Source: an uncultured Gammaproteobacteria bacterium (GTDB lineage: Bacteria; Patescibacteriota; Patescibacteriia; Veblenbacterales; UBA10138). Taken from it: a stretch of 64,000 nt of DNA. The notes under the pieces were generated by a model. That model did no database searches and was not told the DNA's origin. It saw nothing but the letters and a program-made list of their open reading frames with translations. The position numbers were made by a program, and so were the translations under genes. Numbering within the stretch: position 1 is the stretch's first letter; each line of letters begins with the position of its first letter. The DNA lies in assembly GCA_964453605.1 (NCBI GenBank), contig CAYVOI010000001.1, positions 21,182-85,181 of the forward strand. The letters run 5' to 3'. Below, in pieces: positions 28,456 through 37,669 of the stretch.

Positions 28456-29724
28456 ATGGCAGCTCTGTTCAGTCTTGTAACTCAGCTCAGGCGTGTGCCG
28501 CTTTCTCCCCGCCGCGCGTTCCTACCGGCTACGTTCGCCGTTCTAGTGTTGGTTATGCTTAGCTTGGCGGCCATGGCCAACTTTACCTTTACCCTGGCGC
28601 AGCACTTTACGTACCTAGCCGAGGCTCTACTCAAGGGTAAGCTCTACTACCTTGAGCTGCCCCTCCCGCGTTGGAATGATATCGCCTGGTACGGCGGCCA
28701 CGCCTACTGGCCCCTGGGACCCTTCCCCGCTGTACTGCTTACACCCTTTGTGTACCTGTTCAGTCTGGTCCACGCTCCGTTCTACCAGGGCTACCTCCAG
28801 TTCCCCCTCGTGCTCGTAACCCTGTACCTTGTGTACCGGCTGGCGCGGTTGGTGGGGTACCACCAAGGTGATGCTTGGTACCTGGGCTGTACATTCTTTT
28901 CCTCCGCGTTTTTCTTCTACGCCTGGGCGCCTACCAGTTACTACATGGCCCACGTGGTGGTCGCCGTCCTCTGGTTCGCTGCCCTCACCGAATACCTTAC
29001 CCGTAGGCGCTACTGGTTTCTAGGGTTACTCTGCGGTCTGGCGCTTACTACTCGCTTGCCAGCGGGTTTGGGCATCGCTTTCTTTGGGCTCGAGCTGTTG
29101 TTTGACAGAACCACCACCACAGGGTTACGCTGGCGCCGCCTAGGTGAACTCGCCACCCCGTTTGTAGTTATGGCCCTCCTCCTCTTGCTCTACAACTACG
29201 CCCGCTTTGGCAGCATCTTGGAGCAGGGGTACTCGTACCAAATCGCCCTAGTCTCGGCAGTTCGGCGTGCCCGTGACTACGGCCTCTTCAGCCTCATTCA
29301 CCTGCCTGGCAACCTCTACTACCTCTTCCTCGCAGCCCCCCAACCCGTATTTCGCGACGGCCTGTCCCATGTGTTGAAGTTCCCCTACCTGAAGCCTGAC
29401 CTCTGGGGTATGAGCATTTTTATCACCTCGCCCTACCTACTCTACCTCTTGGCTCGTCAGACCTGGGACAGAACAGCCACGTGCCTGCTCCTCAGCTGTG
29501 GTATCATCGCCCTCCCCATCCTCCTCTACTACGGCATTGGCTACCAGCAGTTTGGCTACCGCTACGCCCTGGACTTCATGCCCCTACTCTACTTCCTCTT
29601 CCTTAGGCAGTACCGCCTCCAGCACGCCAGGTTGTCGGAGGGGATGAAGGCACTCATGGTAGGGTCGGCCGTGCTCAACCTGTACCTGTTTGTGGGTGTT
29701 TACCTGACCCTGTTCGCGGTTTAG
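28456..29724 (+). CDS. Polytopic membrane protein, GT-C-like mannosyltransferase family, tandem paralogue A (422 aa)
   Basis: Multi-TM protein with the HAYWPLGPFP loop motif. Shares two 100%-identical nucleotide blocks with paralogue B. Confidence 0.6.
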   Translation: MAALFSLVTQLRRVPLSPRRAFLPATFAVLVLVMLSLAAMANFTFTLAQHFTYLAEALLKGKLYYLELPLPRWNDIAWYGGHAYWPLGPFPAVLLTPFVYLFSLVHAPFYQGYLQFPLVLVTLYLVYRLARLVGYHQGDAWYLGCTFFSSAFFFYAWAPTSYYMAHVVVAVLWFAALTEYLTRRRYWFLGLLCGLALTTRLPAGLGIAFFGLELLFDRTTTTGLRWRRLGELATPFVVMALLLLLYNYARFGSILEQGYSYQIALVSAVRRARDYGLFSLIHLPGNLYYLFLAAPQPVFRDGLSHVLKFPYLKPDLWGMSIFITSPYLLYLLARQTWDRTATCLLLSCGIIALPILLYYGIGYQQFGYRYALDFMPLLYFLFLRQYRLQHARLSEGMKALMVGSAVLNLYLFVGVYLTLFAV

Positions 29725-29742
29725 CCCTCTTAGTTTATTTGT

Positions 29743-30993
29743 ATGCAGCGCCTGCAGGATAGGATTCAGCTGGTAGCACAGGTAAGCTTACGCGAGCTTG
29801 CCCCCGTGTTCGTTGGTGGGGTGCTTCTGCTCGTTGTGGGCATACTGAATATGGTTTTGTCTGGGGGTGCACAGCAGTACTCGTACCTAGCCCAAGCTTT
29901 TCTCCGTGGTCAGCTGTATTTTTTGACTGACCCATGGTACCACTGGGTTGATACTGCAGCCTGGGCCGGCCACGCCTACTGGCCCCTGGGACCCTTCCCC
30001 GCTGTACTGCTTACACCCTTTGTGTACCTGTTCAGTCTGGTCCACGCTCCGTTCTACCAGGGCTACCTCCAGTTCCCCCTCGTGCTCGTAACCCTGTACC
30101 TTGTGTACCGGCTGGCGCGGCTCTTGCGGTTCTCTGGTTTAGATGCGCGTTGGCTCGTCCTGGCCTGGTTTACCTCGACCTACTTTTCTATAGCTAGTTT
30201 CCCGATCAGCTACTTTTTTGCCCATGTGGTGGCTGTTACCCTCTTGTTTGCAGCACTCTATGAGTACCTGACCTGGAGACGGCACTGGCTTTTAGGGGTT
30301 TTGTGTGGTTTACTGCTTGCCACGCGTGGGCCAGCTGGTTTAGCAGTCACCTTTTTTATGTTCGATGCCTTGCTCAAGAGTGACAAGTCGTGGCGCGAGT
30401 ATCTTGGACAAACCCTGGAACTGGTAGCACCGTTTGTAGTTATGGCCCTCCTCCTCTTGCTCTACAACTACGCCCGCTTTGGCAGCATCTTGGAGCAGGG
30501 GTACTCGTACCAAATCGCCCTAGTCTCGGCAGTTCGGCGTGCCCGTGACTACGGCCTCTTCAGCCTCATTCACCTGCCTGGCAACCTCTACTACCTCTTC
30601 CTCGCAGCCCCCCAACCCGTATTTCGCGACGGCCTGTCCCATGTGTTGAAGTTCCCCTACCTGAAGCCTGACCTCTGGGGTATGAGCATTTTTATCACCT
30701 CGCCCTACCTACTCTACCTCTTGGCTCGTCAGACCTGGGACAGAACAGCCACGTGCCTGCTCCTCAGCTGTGGTATCATCGCCCTCCCCATCCTCCTCTA
30801 CTACGGCATTGGCTACCAGCAGTTTGGCTACCGCTACGCCCTGGACTTCATGCCCCTACTCTACTTCCTCTTCCTTAGGCAGTACCGCCTCCAGCACGCC
30901 AGGTTGTCGGAGGGGATGAAGCTTTTACTGCTTGGCTCTGGGCTCGTGAACCTTTACCTCTTTGGTACTGTGTACCACATTTTACTCGGTTGA
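29743..30993 (+). CDS. Polytopic membrane protein, GT-C-like, tandem paralogue B (416 aa)
   Basis: Same architecture as paralogue A. The blocks at 29968-30120 and 30430-30921 are identical to 28696-28848 and 29158-29649. Confidence 0.6.
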   Translation: MQRLQDRIQLVAQVSLRELAPVFVGGVLLLVVGILNMVLSGGAQQYSYLAQAFLRGQLYFLTDPWYHWVDTAAWAGHAYWPLGPFPAVLLTPFVYLFSLVHAPFYQGYLQFPLVLVTLYLVYRLARLLRFSGLDARWLVLAWFTSTYFSIASFPISYFFAHVVAVTLLFAALYEYLTWRRHWLLGVLCGLLLATRGPAGLAVTFFMFDALLKSDKSWREYLGQTLELVAPFVVMALLLLLYNYARFGSILEQGYSYQIALVSAVRRARDYGLFSLIHLPGNLYYLFLAAPQPVFRDGLSHVLKFPYLKPDLWGMSIFITSPYLLYLLARQTWDRTATCLLLSCGIIALPILLYYGIGYQQFGYRYALDFMPLLYFLFLRQYRLQHARLSEGMKLLLLGSGLVNLYLFGTVYHILLG

Positions 30994-30999
30994 AATTGT

Positions 31000-32190
31000 A
31001 TGAAGTTGTTACCATACCATAACGTACCGGTTGGAACGCGGGTTGCCTACGTGGCTGTGGCTGGCCTAGTCTTATGGTCTGGCCTGAGCTACCTCTGGCC
31101 TACGGTACCTGCCTGGCACCACAATGCCATTAACGTATTTCGCGAAGATGTTGACTTTACCACCTACTTCTCTAACCTCGGCTGGCTACAACCAGGAGAG
31201 TTTTTGCTCCACCATGGCTATGCTGAGTATCCTGTGCTGGGTTTGCTCTACGTTAACTGGCCACACTACCTAACCCAGAGCTTTGAGGCCTACCACTGGC
31301 TACTGTGGTTCAGTAATGCTGCTCTACTCGTCCTGAGTATGTGGCTGTGGTTCGGTATAGCTAAGCAGCTCGAGCTCTCGCGCGGCGGCTGGTGGTTGTG
31401 GCTCTTGCCGTCGAGCTTGTACTTTAGCTTGAATCGGTTTGATATTTTCCCCGTCGCCTTAGTGCTCCTGAGTTTGTACTTGTTGGCAAAACGTCATGTG
31501 CGCTTGGCGTGGGTGGTGTACGGGTTAAGTATCATGGCTAAGGTGTACCCGGTGTTCTTGTTGCCGTTCATGTGGCAGCTTTCCCGTGAGCGTGGTGGTA
31601 CGTGGGGCGCCATGATTACCTACACCCTAAGCCCTATTGTTGGATTACTTTTTGGTTTGTACGCTGTGGGCGGGTTCGAAGCTGTAGTAGTGCCGTTCAT
31701 GCTCCAGTTCGGGCGGGCGGTAGACTACGGTAGCCTGCGTGGGGTAGCCGTACAGCTGGGGTTAGGGGTTTCACTGTGGTCGCTACTCTGGTCGTTTGGT
31801 CAGGTACTCTTGCCAGTGTGGTGGGGCTTACGCACGGTGTTTAGTCGCACGCCACTGCCATACCTGGCCGCCATCAGCCTGGCTGCGCTTAGCCTGCTGC
31901 TGCTTACTAACCTGTCCCCCTTCTACTCTAACCAGTGGTGGTTATGGGTCCTGCCATTTGTAGCCTGGGTACTGCCCGCGCCAGAACGAGTGCTGGCGCT
32001 GCTCTATGATTTGGTAAACTATGTACAGTTTCCCTTAGCGTTTGAGCTAGCTGGCAAAACAGGTGGGGTATTTGCTCTGGTGGTTGCTATTCGCGGGGCA
32101 CTCCTCGTTTGGTTACTGGTAGCGTTATGGCAACAGCTTCCTAAGGGTTGGTGGCGTATTGAACCTCTATGGGTACGGTTTGGATTGTAG
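31000..32190 (+). CDS. DUF2029/GT87-like polyprenol-phosphate-mannose-dependent mannosyltransferase-family membrane protein
   Basis: Multi-TM protein with a NRFDIFP...AKVYPVFLLP pattern typical of GT87/DUF2029. Confidence 0.5.
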   Translation: MKLLPYHNVPVGTRVAYVAVAGLVLWSGLSYLWPTVPAWHHNAINVFREDVDFTTYFSNLGWLQPGEFLLHHGYAEYPVLGLLYVNWPHYLTQSFEAYHWLLWFSNAALLVLSMWLWFGIAKQLELSRGGWWLWLLPSSLYFSLNRFDIFPVALVLLSLYLLAKRHVRLAWVVYGLSIMAKVYPVFLLPFMWQLSRERGGTWGAMITYTLSPIVGLLFGLYAVGGFEAVVVPFMLQFGRAVDYGSLRGVAVQLGLGVSLWSLLWSFGQVLLPVWWGLRTVFSRTPLPYLAAISLAALSLLLLTNLSPFYSNQWWLWVLPFVAWVLPAPERVLALLYDLVNYVQFPLAFELAGKTGGVFALVVAIRGALLVWLLVALWQQLPKGWWRIEPLWVRFGL

Positions 32191-32879
32191 TACCAACCTA
32201 CAACGAGCGATTGAACATTACTGAGCTTATAGCGCGAACTTTTGCTGCGCTGCCGATGTGTCAGCTCCTCATTGTTGATGATAACTCACCCGATGGCACA
32301 GGTGTGTTGGTTCGAGAGCTTCAGGCACAGCACCACAACTTGCACCTGCTTGAGCGTTCAGGAAAACAGGGCTTGGGTAGCGCCTACCGCGCCGGGTTCC
32401 GCTACGCCCTGGAACACGGGGCCGGGGTGGTTGGGGAGATGGACGCTGATTTGTCCCACAACCCAGCGGATTTACCAAGGTTATTGAATGCTGTTGAGCG
32501 TGGTGCTGATGTGGTCATAGGTTCGCGTCGTGTGCCAGGTGGTCGGGTGGTAGGTTGGAGTTGGCACCGCCACCTGATGAGCTGGGGGGCCATGGCTCTA
32601 GCTCGTGCGGCACTGGGGCTGACCACGCACGACGTTACCTCAGGCTTCCGTCTGTATACAAAAAAAGCCCTGACGGCTATTCCATGGGCAAAGGTGAAGA
32701 GTGATGGCTATGCCTGGCAGGAGGAGTTGCTGTTCTTGTGCGAGCGCGCAGGGCTAGGGGTGGCTGAGGTGCCGGTAGTATTCGTTGACCGTAGTAGTGG
32801 TGTCTCCAAGCTCAATATTGGTAATGTGATTGAATTCTTCGCCACGGTACTTAGACTCAAGCGTTCTCTTCAAAAATAG
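32169..32879 (+). CDS. Polyprenol monophosphomannose synthase (GT2, Ppm1/DPM1-like)
   Basis: VVPTYNE...VDDNSPDGT...GSR motifs. Overlaps the upstream gene by 22 nt. Confidence 0.8.
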   Translation: MGTVWIVVPTYNERLNITELIARTFAALPMCQLLIVDDNSPDGTGVLVRELQAQHHNLHLLERSGKQGLGSAYRAGFRYALEHGAGVVGEMDADLSHNPADLPRLLNAVERGADVVIGSRRVPGGRVVGWSWHRHLMSWGAMALARAALGLTTHDVTSGFRLYTKKALTAIPWAKVKSDGYAWQEELLFLCERAGLGVAEVPVVFVDRSSGVSKLNIGNVIEFFATVLRLKRSLQK

Positions 32880-32903
32880 CGGCGCTCAGTCCGCCATTTA
32901 TTT

Positions 32904-33308
32904 CTACTGGGGTGGCCCGGTGGCGGTGTAGAGGTTAGAGACGATGAAGTACGAAATAGCGTAGGCGGTAAAAATTATCGCCAGACCAATCACCGCGCCA
33001 GCCAACAACTTTTTAGCTTTACTAATTTTTTCTTCGTTACCAGCCGAGGTCATCCACATAGCACCAGCGTAGATAACAAGTACAACCGCCGCCACACCCG
33101 TGACGCTTAAGACTACGTTAATGATGTTGGCAGTGACAGCAGCTGGTGAGGGCTGGCTGGTGGGGAGCCCTGCCAGGTTGGCGGTTTCTGTGAGCCCATA
33201 GTCAGGTGGCAGATCAGCACTACTAGCGGCCAGCGCGAACGAGAACAGGAGCATGGCGCTGGCCGCTAGGAGACTGCCCAACCGCTGTCGGCGGTTTGGG
33301 GTTTGCAT
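32904..33308 (-). CDS. TrbC/VirB2-like pilin-fold small secreted membrane protein (134 aa)
   Basis: Signal peptide, then two hydrophobic helices separated by the SAGNEEKISKAKKLL loop. Confidence 0.6.
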   Translation of the reverse strand: MQTPNRRQRLGSLLAASAMLLFSFALAASSADLPPDYGLTETANLAGLPTSQPSPAAVTANIINVVLSVTGVAAVVLVIYAGAMWMTSAGNEEKISKAKKLLAGAVIGLAIIFTAYAISYFIVSNLYTATGPPQ

Positions 33309-33316
33309 ACGAAGAG

Positions 33317-33709
33317 TTAGCCTCTGGCTGAAGTTGCGTTGGCGAGCTGCGTGACGATGAAGTAGGCCAAAGCGTAGGCGACAAAGATAATAACCAGACC
33401 AACCACCCCAGCGCCCAAGAGCTTCTTGGCTTCGCCAATCTTTTCCTCATTACCCTGGCTTGTCATCCACTTGAAACCACCAATCAGAATAAGCACCACC
33501 GCAATAACACCGAGGAACCCCAGGAGGATGTTGATGATGTTGGCTACGGTCTGCACCACTGGTACGTTGGTACCGAGGTTAGTGGCAGCACCGAAGTTGT
33601 TAAAACCAAAGTTGGCTTCACCCTGGATACCGGCGGCCAAAACCATAGCGGGCACGGCGTACAGAGCAGTGGAGGCTGCTACTGTTAGGAATTTCTTCAT
33701 AACTTTCAC
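33317..33709 (-). CDS. TrbC/VirB2-like pilin-fold protein (130 aa)
   Basis: Signal peptide; loop motif TSQGNEEKIGEAKKLL between two TM helices. Confidence 0.6.
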   Translation of the reverse strand: MKVMKKFLTVAASTALYAVPAMVLAAGIQGEANFGFNNFGAATNLGTNVPVVQTVANIINILLGFLGVIAVVLILIGGFKWMTSQGNEEKIGEAKKLLGAGVVGLVIIFVAYALAYFIVTQLANATSARG

Positions 33710-33861
33710 CTCCTTTCTCTTGCTCCCAGACCTCGTTTGGTTACCTTGCGTAGCCAGATGAAGAATGGGTTAAGATGAACTGTTAAAATTATACTAACTT
33801 GGTATCTAACCGTCAAACAGTTGCCTGGCTCTAGCTATTGCTACCCAACCTGAGGCCTGGT

Positions 33862-34557
33862 TTAGCTTTGGGTGAGGATGTGGTAGAACGGTCCGTAGAC
33901 AAAGCTGATGAAGATGTACGAGCTCATGACCACTACCAGGCCGATGGTAGCGTAGAGCAGGGTCCGTTTGGCTTTGGCCACGCGTTCTTCGTTGCCAGCC
34001 GAGGTCAGCCAGAGCGTACCACCGTAGACGAACATCAGAATGCTTACGCCCGCCAAGCCCGACAGGATGAAGCCCAACAACCGCTGGCCAAAAAAGACAA
34101 AGCCAGCCTGCTTGGTTGGTAGCTGGTTGAGGTTGAGCGGGTCTATGAGCACGGTGTTGGTGCTGAAGGCTGGTGGCCCAGCGGTGCCGGTGAGTACGGT
34201 AATGGTGGTTGCGAGTATGGCGTAGCTGCCCACGGTTAAGATGAGCCCTAAGATGGCGTAGGTTATCATCTGCTTGCCTTTTTGGAAGTGCTCACTATTG
34301 CCGCCAGCGCTCAGAATGCGGTACCCGCCAAGGATAATAAAAAAGAGTGCCAGGGCGCCGGTTATAAAGTTAATGCCACTGGCTACGCGACCAAAAATTT
34401 CCCACACCGTGACCGTGCCCAGGGGGTTCTGGAGTGCTGTGGGTGGCGTGGCGGCATCATCTGCTCGCGCTGCCAGCGGTATGAGCTGTAAGCCCACAGC
34501 AGTTATAGTCGTGAGGGCTGTTCGTAGTAGGTGCTTCAAGTTCGGGTAGCTGAGCAT
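33862..34557 (-). CDS. Duplicated TrbC/VirB2-like protein (231 aa, two pilin modules)
   Basis: Two copies of the helix / AGGNxE..K.K loop / helix unit (SAGGNSEHFQKGKQ and TSAGNEERVAKAKR). Confidence 0.6.
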   Translation of the reverse strand: MLSYPNLKHLLRTALTTITAVGLQLIPLAARADDAATPPTALQNPLGTVTVWEIFGRVASGINFITGALALFFIILGGYRILSAGGNSEHFQKGKQMITYAILGLILTVGSYAILATTITVLTGTAGPPAFSTNTVLIDPLNLNQLPTKQAGFVFFGQRLLGFILSGLAGVSILMFVYGGTLWLTSAGNEERVAKAKRTLLYATIGLVVVMSSYIFISFVYGPFYHILTQS

Positions 34558-34560
34558 ACG

Positions 34561-35253
34561 TTAGTTGGTGTAGCAGCACTTCAGGTTGTTGGTACAGTAG
34601 CCTGCTTTTTCTGTGTAGGTGGTAGTTGGTGTGCAGTCTGGTAGGCAGGTGTAGGGGTGTGTGGGGTCGCTGGTTAGCGAGCTGCAGGCACGCTGGCCAC
34701 AGGTCTCATCAAAACAGACTAAATCTTCGCCGGTGTCGCCACACGGCGTGCCGTCAGCCTTACCGCGGCAGAACTCGGGGTTAGTTGGCGCCACCGTGCA
34801 CTGCGCCTCCCACCAGGAACTACCAAAGAGTTTTTTGCTTAGGGGCTGGCCTTGGGGGGTGATGAGTATGCCCACTACAACGTTTACAATGAAGTAGCCC
34901 CCCAGCACAATGGCCACACCTACGAGCGTGGCAGTAATGATGCCCTTACCCTTACTGACCCGTTCTTGGTTGCCAGCGGCGCGAATGATGCTCTGCCCGC
35001 CCCACACCAGCATGATGAGGGCTAGCCCGCCAAACAGGGACAGGATAACCTTTTGTAGTACCACCATAAGCCCCACGAAGTCGCACCAGGTACAGTTGCC
35101 GTTCTCGCGGCAATCTTTAGCTAAATTACCAACAATGCCGTTAGTGAGGTTGAAGGCTTGGGCCGAGTGGCTGGGGAGCAGTGGTAGGACTACCGCTGCT
35201 AGTATGGCGACACTAATGAGCGTGCCCAAGGTACGGCGGCGAGACGCGGTCAT
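34561..35253 (-). CDS. TrbC/VirB2-like module fused to a C-terminal Cys-rich (14 Cys) domain (230 aa)
   Basis: RAAGNQERVSKGKG loop module, followed by CTVAPTNPEFCRGKADGTPCGDTGEDLVCFDETCGQRACSS...CLPDC...CCYTN. Confidence 0.6.
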   Translation of the reverse strand: MTASRRRTLGTLISVAILAAVVLPLLPSHSAQAFNLTNGIVGNLAKDCRENGNCTWCDFVGLMVVLQKVILSLFGGLALIMLVWGGQSIIRAAGNQERVSKGKGIITATLVGVAIVLGGYFIVNVVVGILITPQGQPLSKKLFGSSWWEAQCTVAPTNPEFCRGKADGTPCGDTGEDLVCFDETCGQRACSSLTSDPTHPYTCLPDCTPTTTYTEKAGYCTNNLKCCYTN

Positions 35254-36626
35254 AGTGTTACCTTGGCTAAGGTTTGGGTAACCTGTTGGGCGGCAAAATC
35301 CAGCGCCTCGGTAAGGCTCGTACCACTGTCAACGCGGCGGATGAGGTCGAGCATGAACCCCTGGGCCGCCCCCGGGTTGTAGCCCCGGTACCAGGCGCGA
35401 GCGCTGAGGAGCTGCTTCGCTGGCACTGACAGGTCGGGGTCTTGCGTTTGCGCCTGGTACAGCTGGCGCTCGGCCGTGGGGAGCTTAGAATCTGCTACGT
35501 ACTTTTGAGCTTCTTCCGGGCGCACGGCAAAGTGCACAAACCCCCAGGCCTCATTTTGGTACTGGCTCTGCCGCGTAACCGCCGCCACGTTGTAGCTCGC
35601 CAGGTAGGCCGGTCGCACCGTGTTGTCAATCTGCGGGAAGTTGGCCACACCTACCGTAACGCGAGGTGAGCTCTGCTGTAAGCTCTGGTAGTCGCGCCAG
35701 TAGCCAAAGGTGAAGCCGACGCGACCCTCGGCAAAGGCCGTCCAGGCGGGGGGCTCGTCTTTGGACCAGCTGTAGGTTTCCTTGCTCGGGTTAGCAAAGT
35801 CGGTGTAGAACCGCACCGCATCTGCTCCTGGTGAGTAGGTTTCGCCGCCCACCGTGACCTGTTGGTTAAAGGTCGCGCGCGTACCACCGCTGTCCACCAT
35901 TGGCGTGTTGTTCTGTAGCATGAGGGCGGCTAGAATGTCAGCGGCGTAGGGTACGTTGTCAGCCTCACCTAAGCTCGTGCCGCTCTGTAAGAGCCGCCCC
36001 TGCTTGTCGATGCGGGTTATCTTCTGCGCCGCGTTTTTGAAGTCGGTCCAGTTTGCGGGCGGGGTGGCGAAGCCGGCGGCGTTGAGGAGGTCATGGTTGT
36101 AGAACATGACTAGACTGTCGAGGCTCAGGGGGAAGCCGTAGACCTTACCGTCTATCACCACGTCAGGCGGCACCGCGTCAACGAACAGGTCTTGCACAGC
36201 TCGGAGGTCCATGGTAGGCACGGTTTTGAGCGTAGCCGTAGGCTCTTTCTTAATCACACCTTTAAGCTCCAGGAACGGCAGCGTCAGGTTTGGCGGCAGG
36301 GGCAGCAGGTAATCTTGCCAGGCCCTTAGGGAAGTATTCGGTAGCGTGATGAGGTCAGGGCCCTGGGATGCCGCCAGGGCCCTGAGCAGGGTTTGCTCAA
36401 ACTCCTCCGGGCGTACCTGACGGTAGTGGATAGAGATGTTGGGGTGAACCGATTGGTAGTCTGCCAGCACGAGTTTTGTCCCAGCGGGCAGCGCCTCAGT
36501 CCCCCACCAGTTGAGCGCTACCGGCGGCGCGTTGAAGGGTTTCTTGCAGCCTAGGCCAGCCAGGCTTAGGGTGGCGAGGAGTAGGCCCAGGGCGTAACGG
36601 TGGGGGTGGCGAGGTTGGAAGCTCAT
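35250..36626 (-). CDS. Extracellular solute-binding lipoprotein (ABC-transporter family-1 substrate-binding protein, sugar type)
   Basis: Lipobox LSLAGLGC; SBP_bac_1-like length and composition. Confidence 0.65.
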   Translation of the reverse strand: MSFQPRHPHRYALGLLLATLSLAGLGCKKPFNAPPVALNWWGTEALPAGTKLVLADYQSVHPNISIHYRQVRPEEFEQTLLRALAASQGPDLITLPNTSLRAWQDYLLPLPPNLTLPFLELKGVIKKEPTATLKTVPTMDLRAVQDLFVDAVPPDVVIDGKVYGFPLSLDSLVMFYNHDLLNAAGFATPPANWTDFKNAAQKITRIDKQGRLLQSGTSLGEADNVPYAADILAALMLQNNTPMVDSGGTRATFNQQVTVGGETYSPGADAVRFYTDFANPSKETYSWSKDEPPAWTAFAEGRVGFTFGYWRDYQSLQQSSPRVTVGVANFPQIDNTVRPAYLASYNVAAVTRQSQYQNEAWGFVHFAVRPEEAQKYVADSKLPTAERQLYQAQTQDPDLSVPAKQLLSARAWYRGYNPGAAQGFMLDLIRRVDSGTSLTEALDFAAQQVTQTLAKVTL

Positions 36627-37489
36627 ACTACTGATTGTAGGTACTTAGCGAAGGCTTCGGCAAGTTCCGGGTGCCCGAGCCCTAAGGCTACATTGGCTTT
36701 GAGCCACCCCAGCTTACTGCCTAGGTCGTAGTAGGTACCTTCTATTTTACAGGCGTAGACTGGCCGCACCCCACTGAGTTTGGCAATAGCATCTACCAGC
36801 CAAACTTCACCGCCGCGGCCAGGGGTAGTGGCCGCTAGGTGGTCAAAGATGTCGGGCGTCAGTACGTAGCCTCCCAAAGACGCTAGCCGCGAGGGCGCCG
36901 CTCCCGGCCCTGGTTTTTCTATGATGCTATCAACCTGGTAGACGTTGTCCTCCAGCTGGTGCGACTTTATGATGCCGTACTTTTGTGTGCCTTCGTCATC
37001 CACCTCGTAGCCCGTGAGCACTGGCCCGTGGTAGCGTTCGTACACGTCAATCAGTTGTTTAAGCCTGGGCGTTGTACTAAAAATAGGCTCGTCACCCCAA
37101 ATAACGGCGAATGGTTCGTCGCCTATGAGGTGCCGCGCGTTCAGGATGGGCGTGCCGTTACCGTAGGGACCTTTCTGTCGGATGAAGATAAAGTTAGCTA
37201 TATCGGCAATCTGCTTTACCTCTTTGAGCGCGCCAGTCTTGCCCTGCTTCTCGAGCCACGCCTCAAGCTCGGTGGAGTGGTCGAAGTGGTCCTCCACTGC
37301 GCGCTTGGTGGCGCTCGTCACCATGATAATGTCCTCAATGCCGCTCGCCACCGCCTCTTCGACAATGTACTGCAGTATAGGCTTATCAACCACTGGTAGC
37401 ATTTCTTTAGGCTGCGCTTTGGTGGCGGGTAAAAAGCGCGTGCCGTAGCCCGCCACTGGGATGATGACTTTGCGAATTGGTTTTGGCAT
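36623..37489 (-). CDS. galU: UTP--glucose-1-phosphate uridylyltransferase
   Basis: IIPVAGYGTRFLPATKAQPKEMLPVVDKPILQY N-terminal signature. Confidence 0.9.
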   Translation of the reverse strand: MPKPIRKVIIPVAGYGTRFLPATKAQPKEMLPVVDKPILQYIVEEAVASGIEDIIMVTSATKRAVEDHFDHSTELEAWLEKQGKTGALKEVKQIADIANFIFIRQKGPYGNGTPILNARHLIGDEPFAVIWGDEPIFSTTPRLKQLIDVYERYHGPVLTGYEVDDEGTQKYGIIKSHQLEDNVYQVDSIIEKPGPGAAPSRLASLGGYVLTPDIFDHLAATTPGRGGEVWLVDAIAKLSGVRPVYACKIEGTYYDLGSKLGWLKANVALGLGHPELAEAFAKYLQSVV

Positions 37490-37594
37490 ACCAAATTACC
37501 TCTACCGTACCACGCTTACGGTAAAAATAAAAGCCAACGTAGCGGCTTCAACCTAAAAATACTAGTGGTGTCTGTTTGAAAATGTCTAAACCAA

Positions 37595-37628
37595 AACGTG
37601 CTCGCTCGCCGGGCGAGGGTCCTCCTCC
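37595..37628 (-). terminator. Rho-independent terminator after the 37670..38908 gene
   Basis: Minus strand reads CTCGCCCGGCGAG hairpin followed by TTTTGGTTT. Confidence 0.45.
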
Positions 37629-37669
37629 TGACCCCCCTTGCCCCTTGGCTGCCAACAGAATTTGTATCG

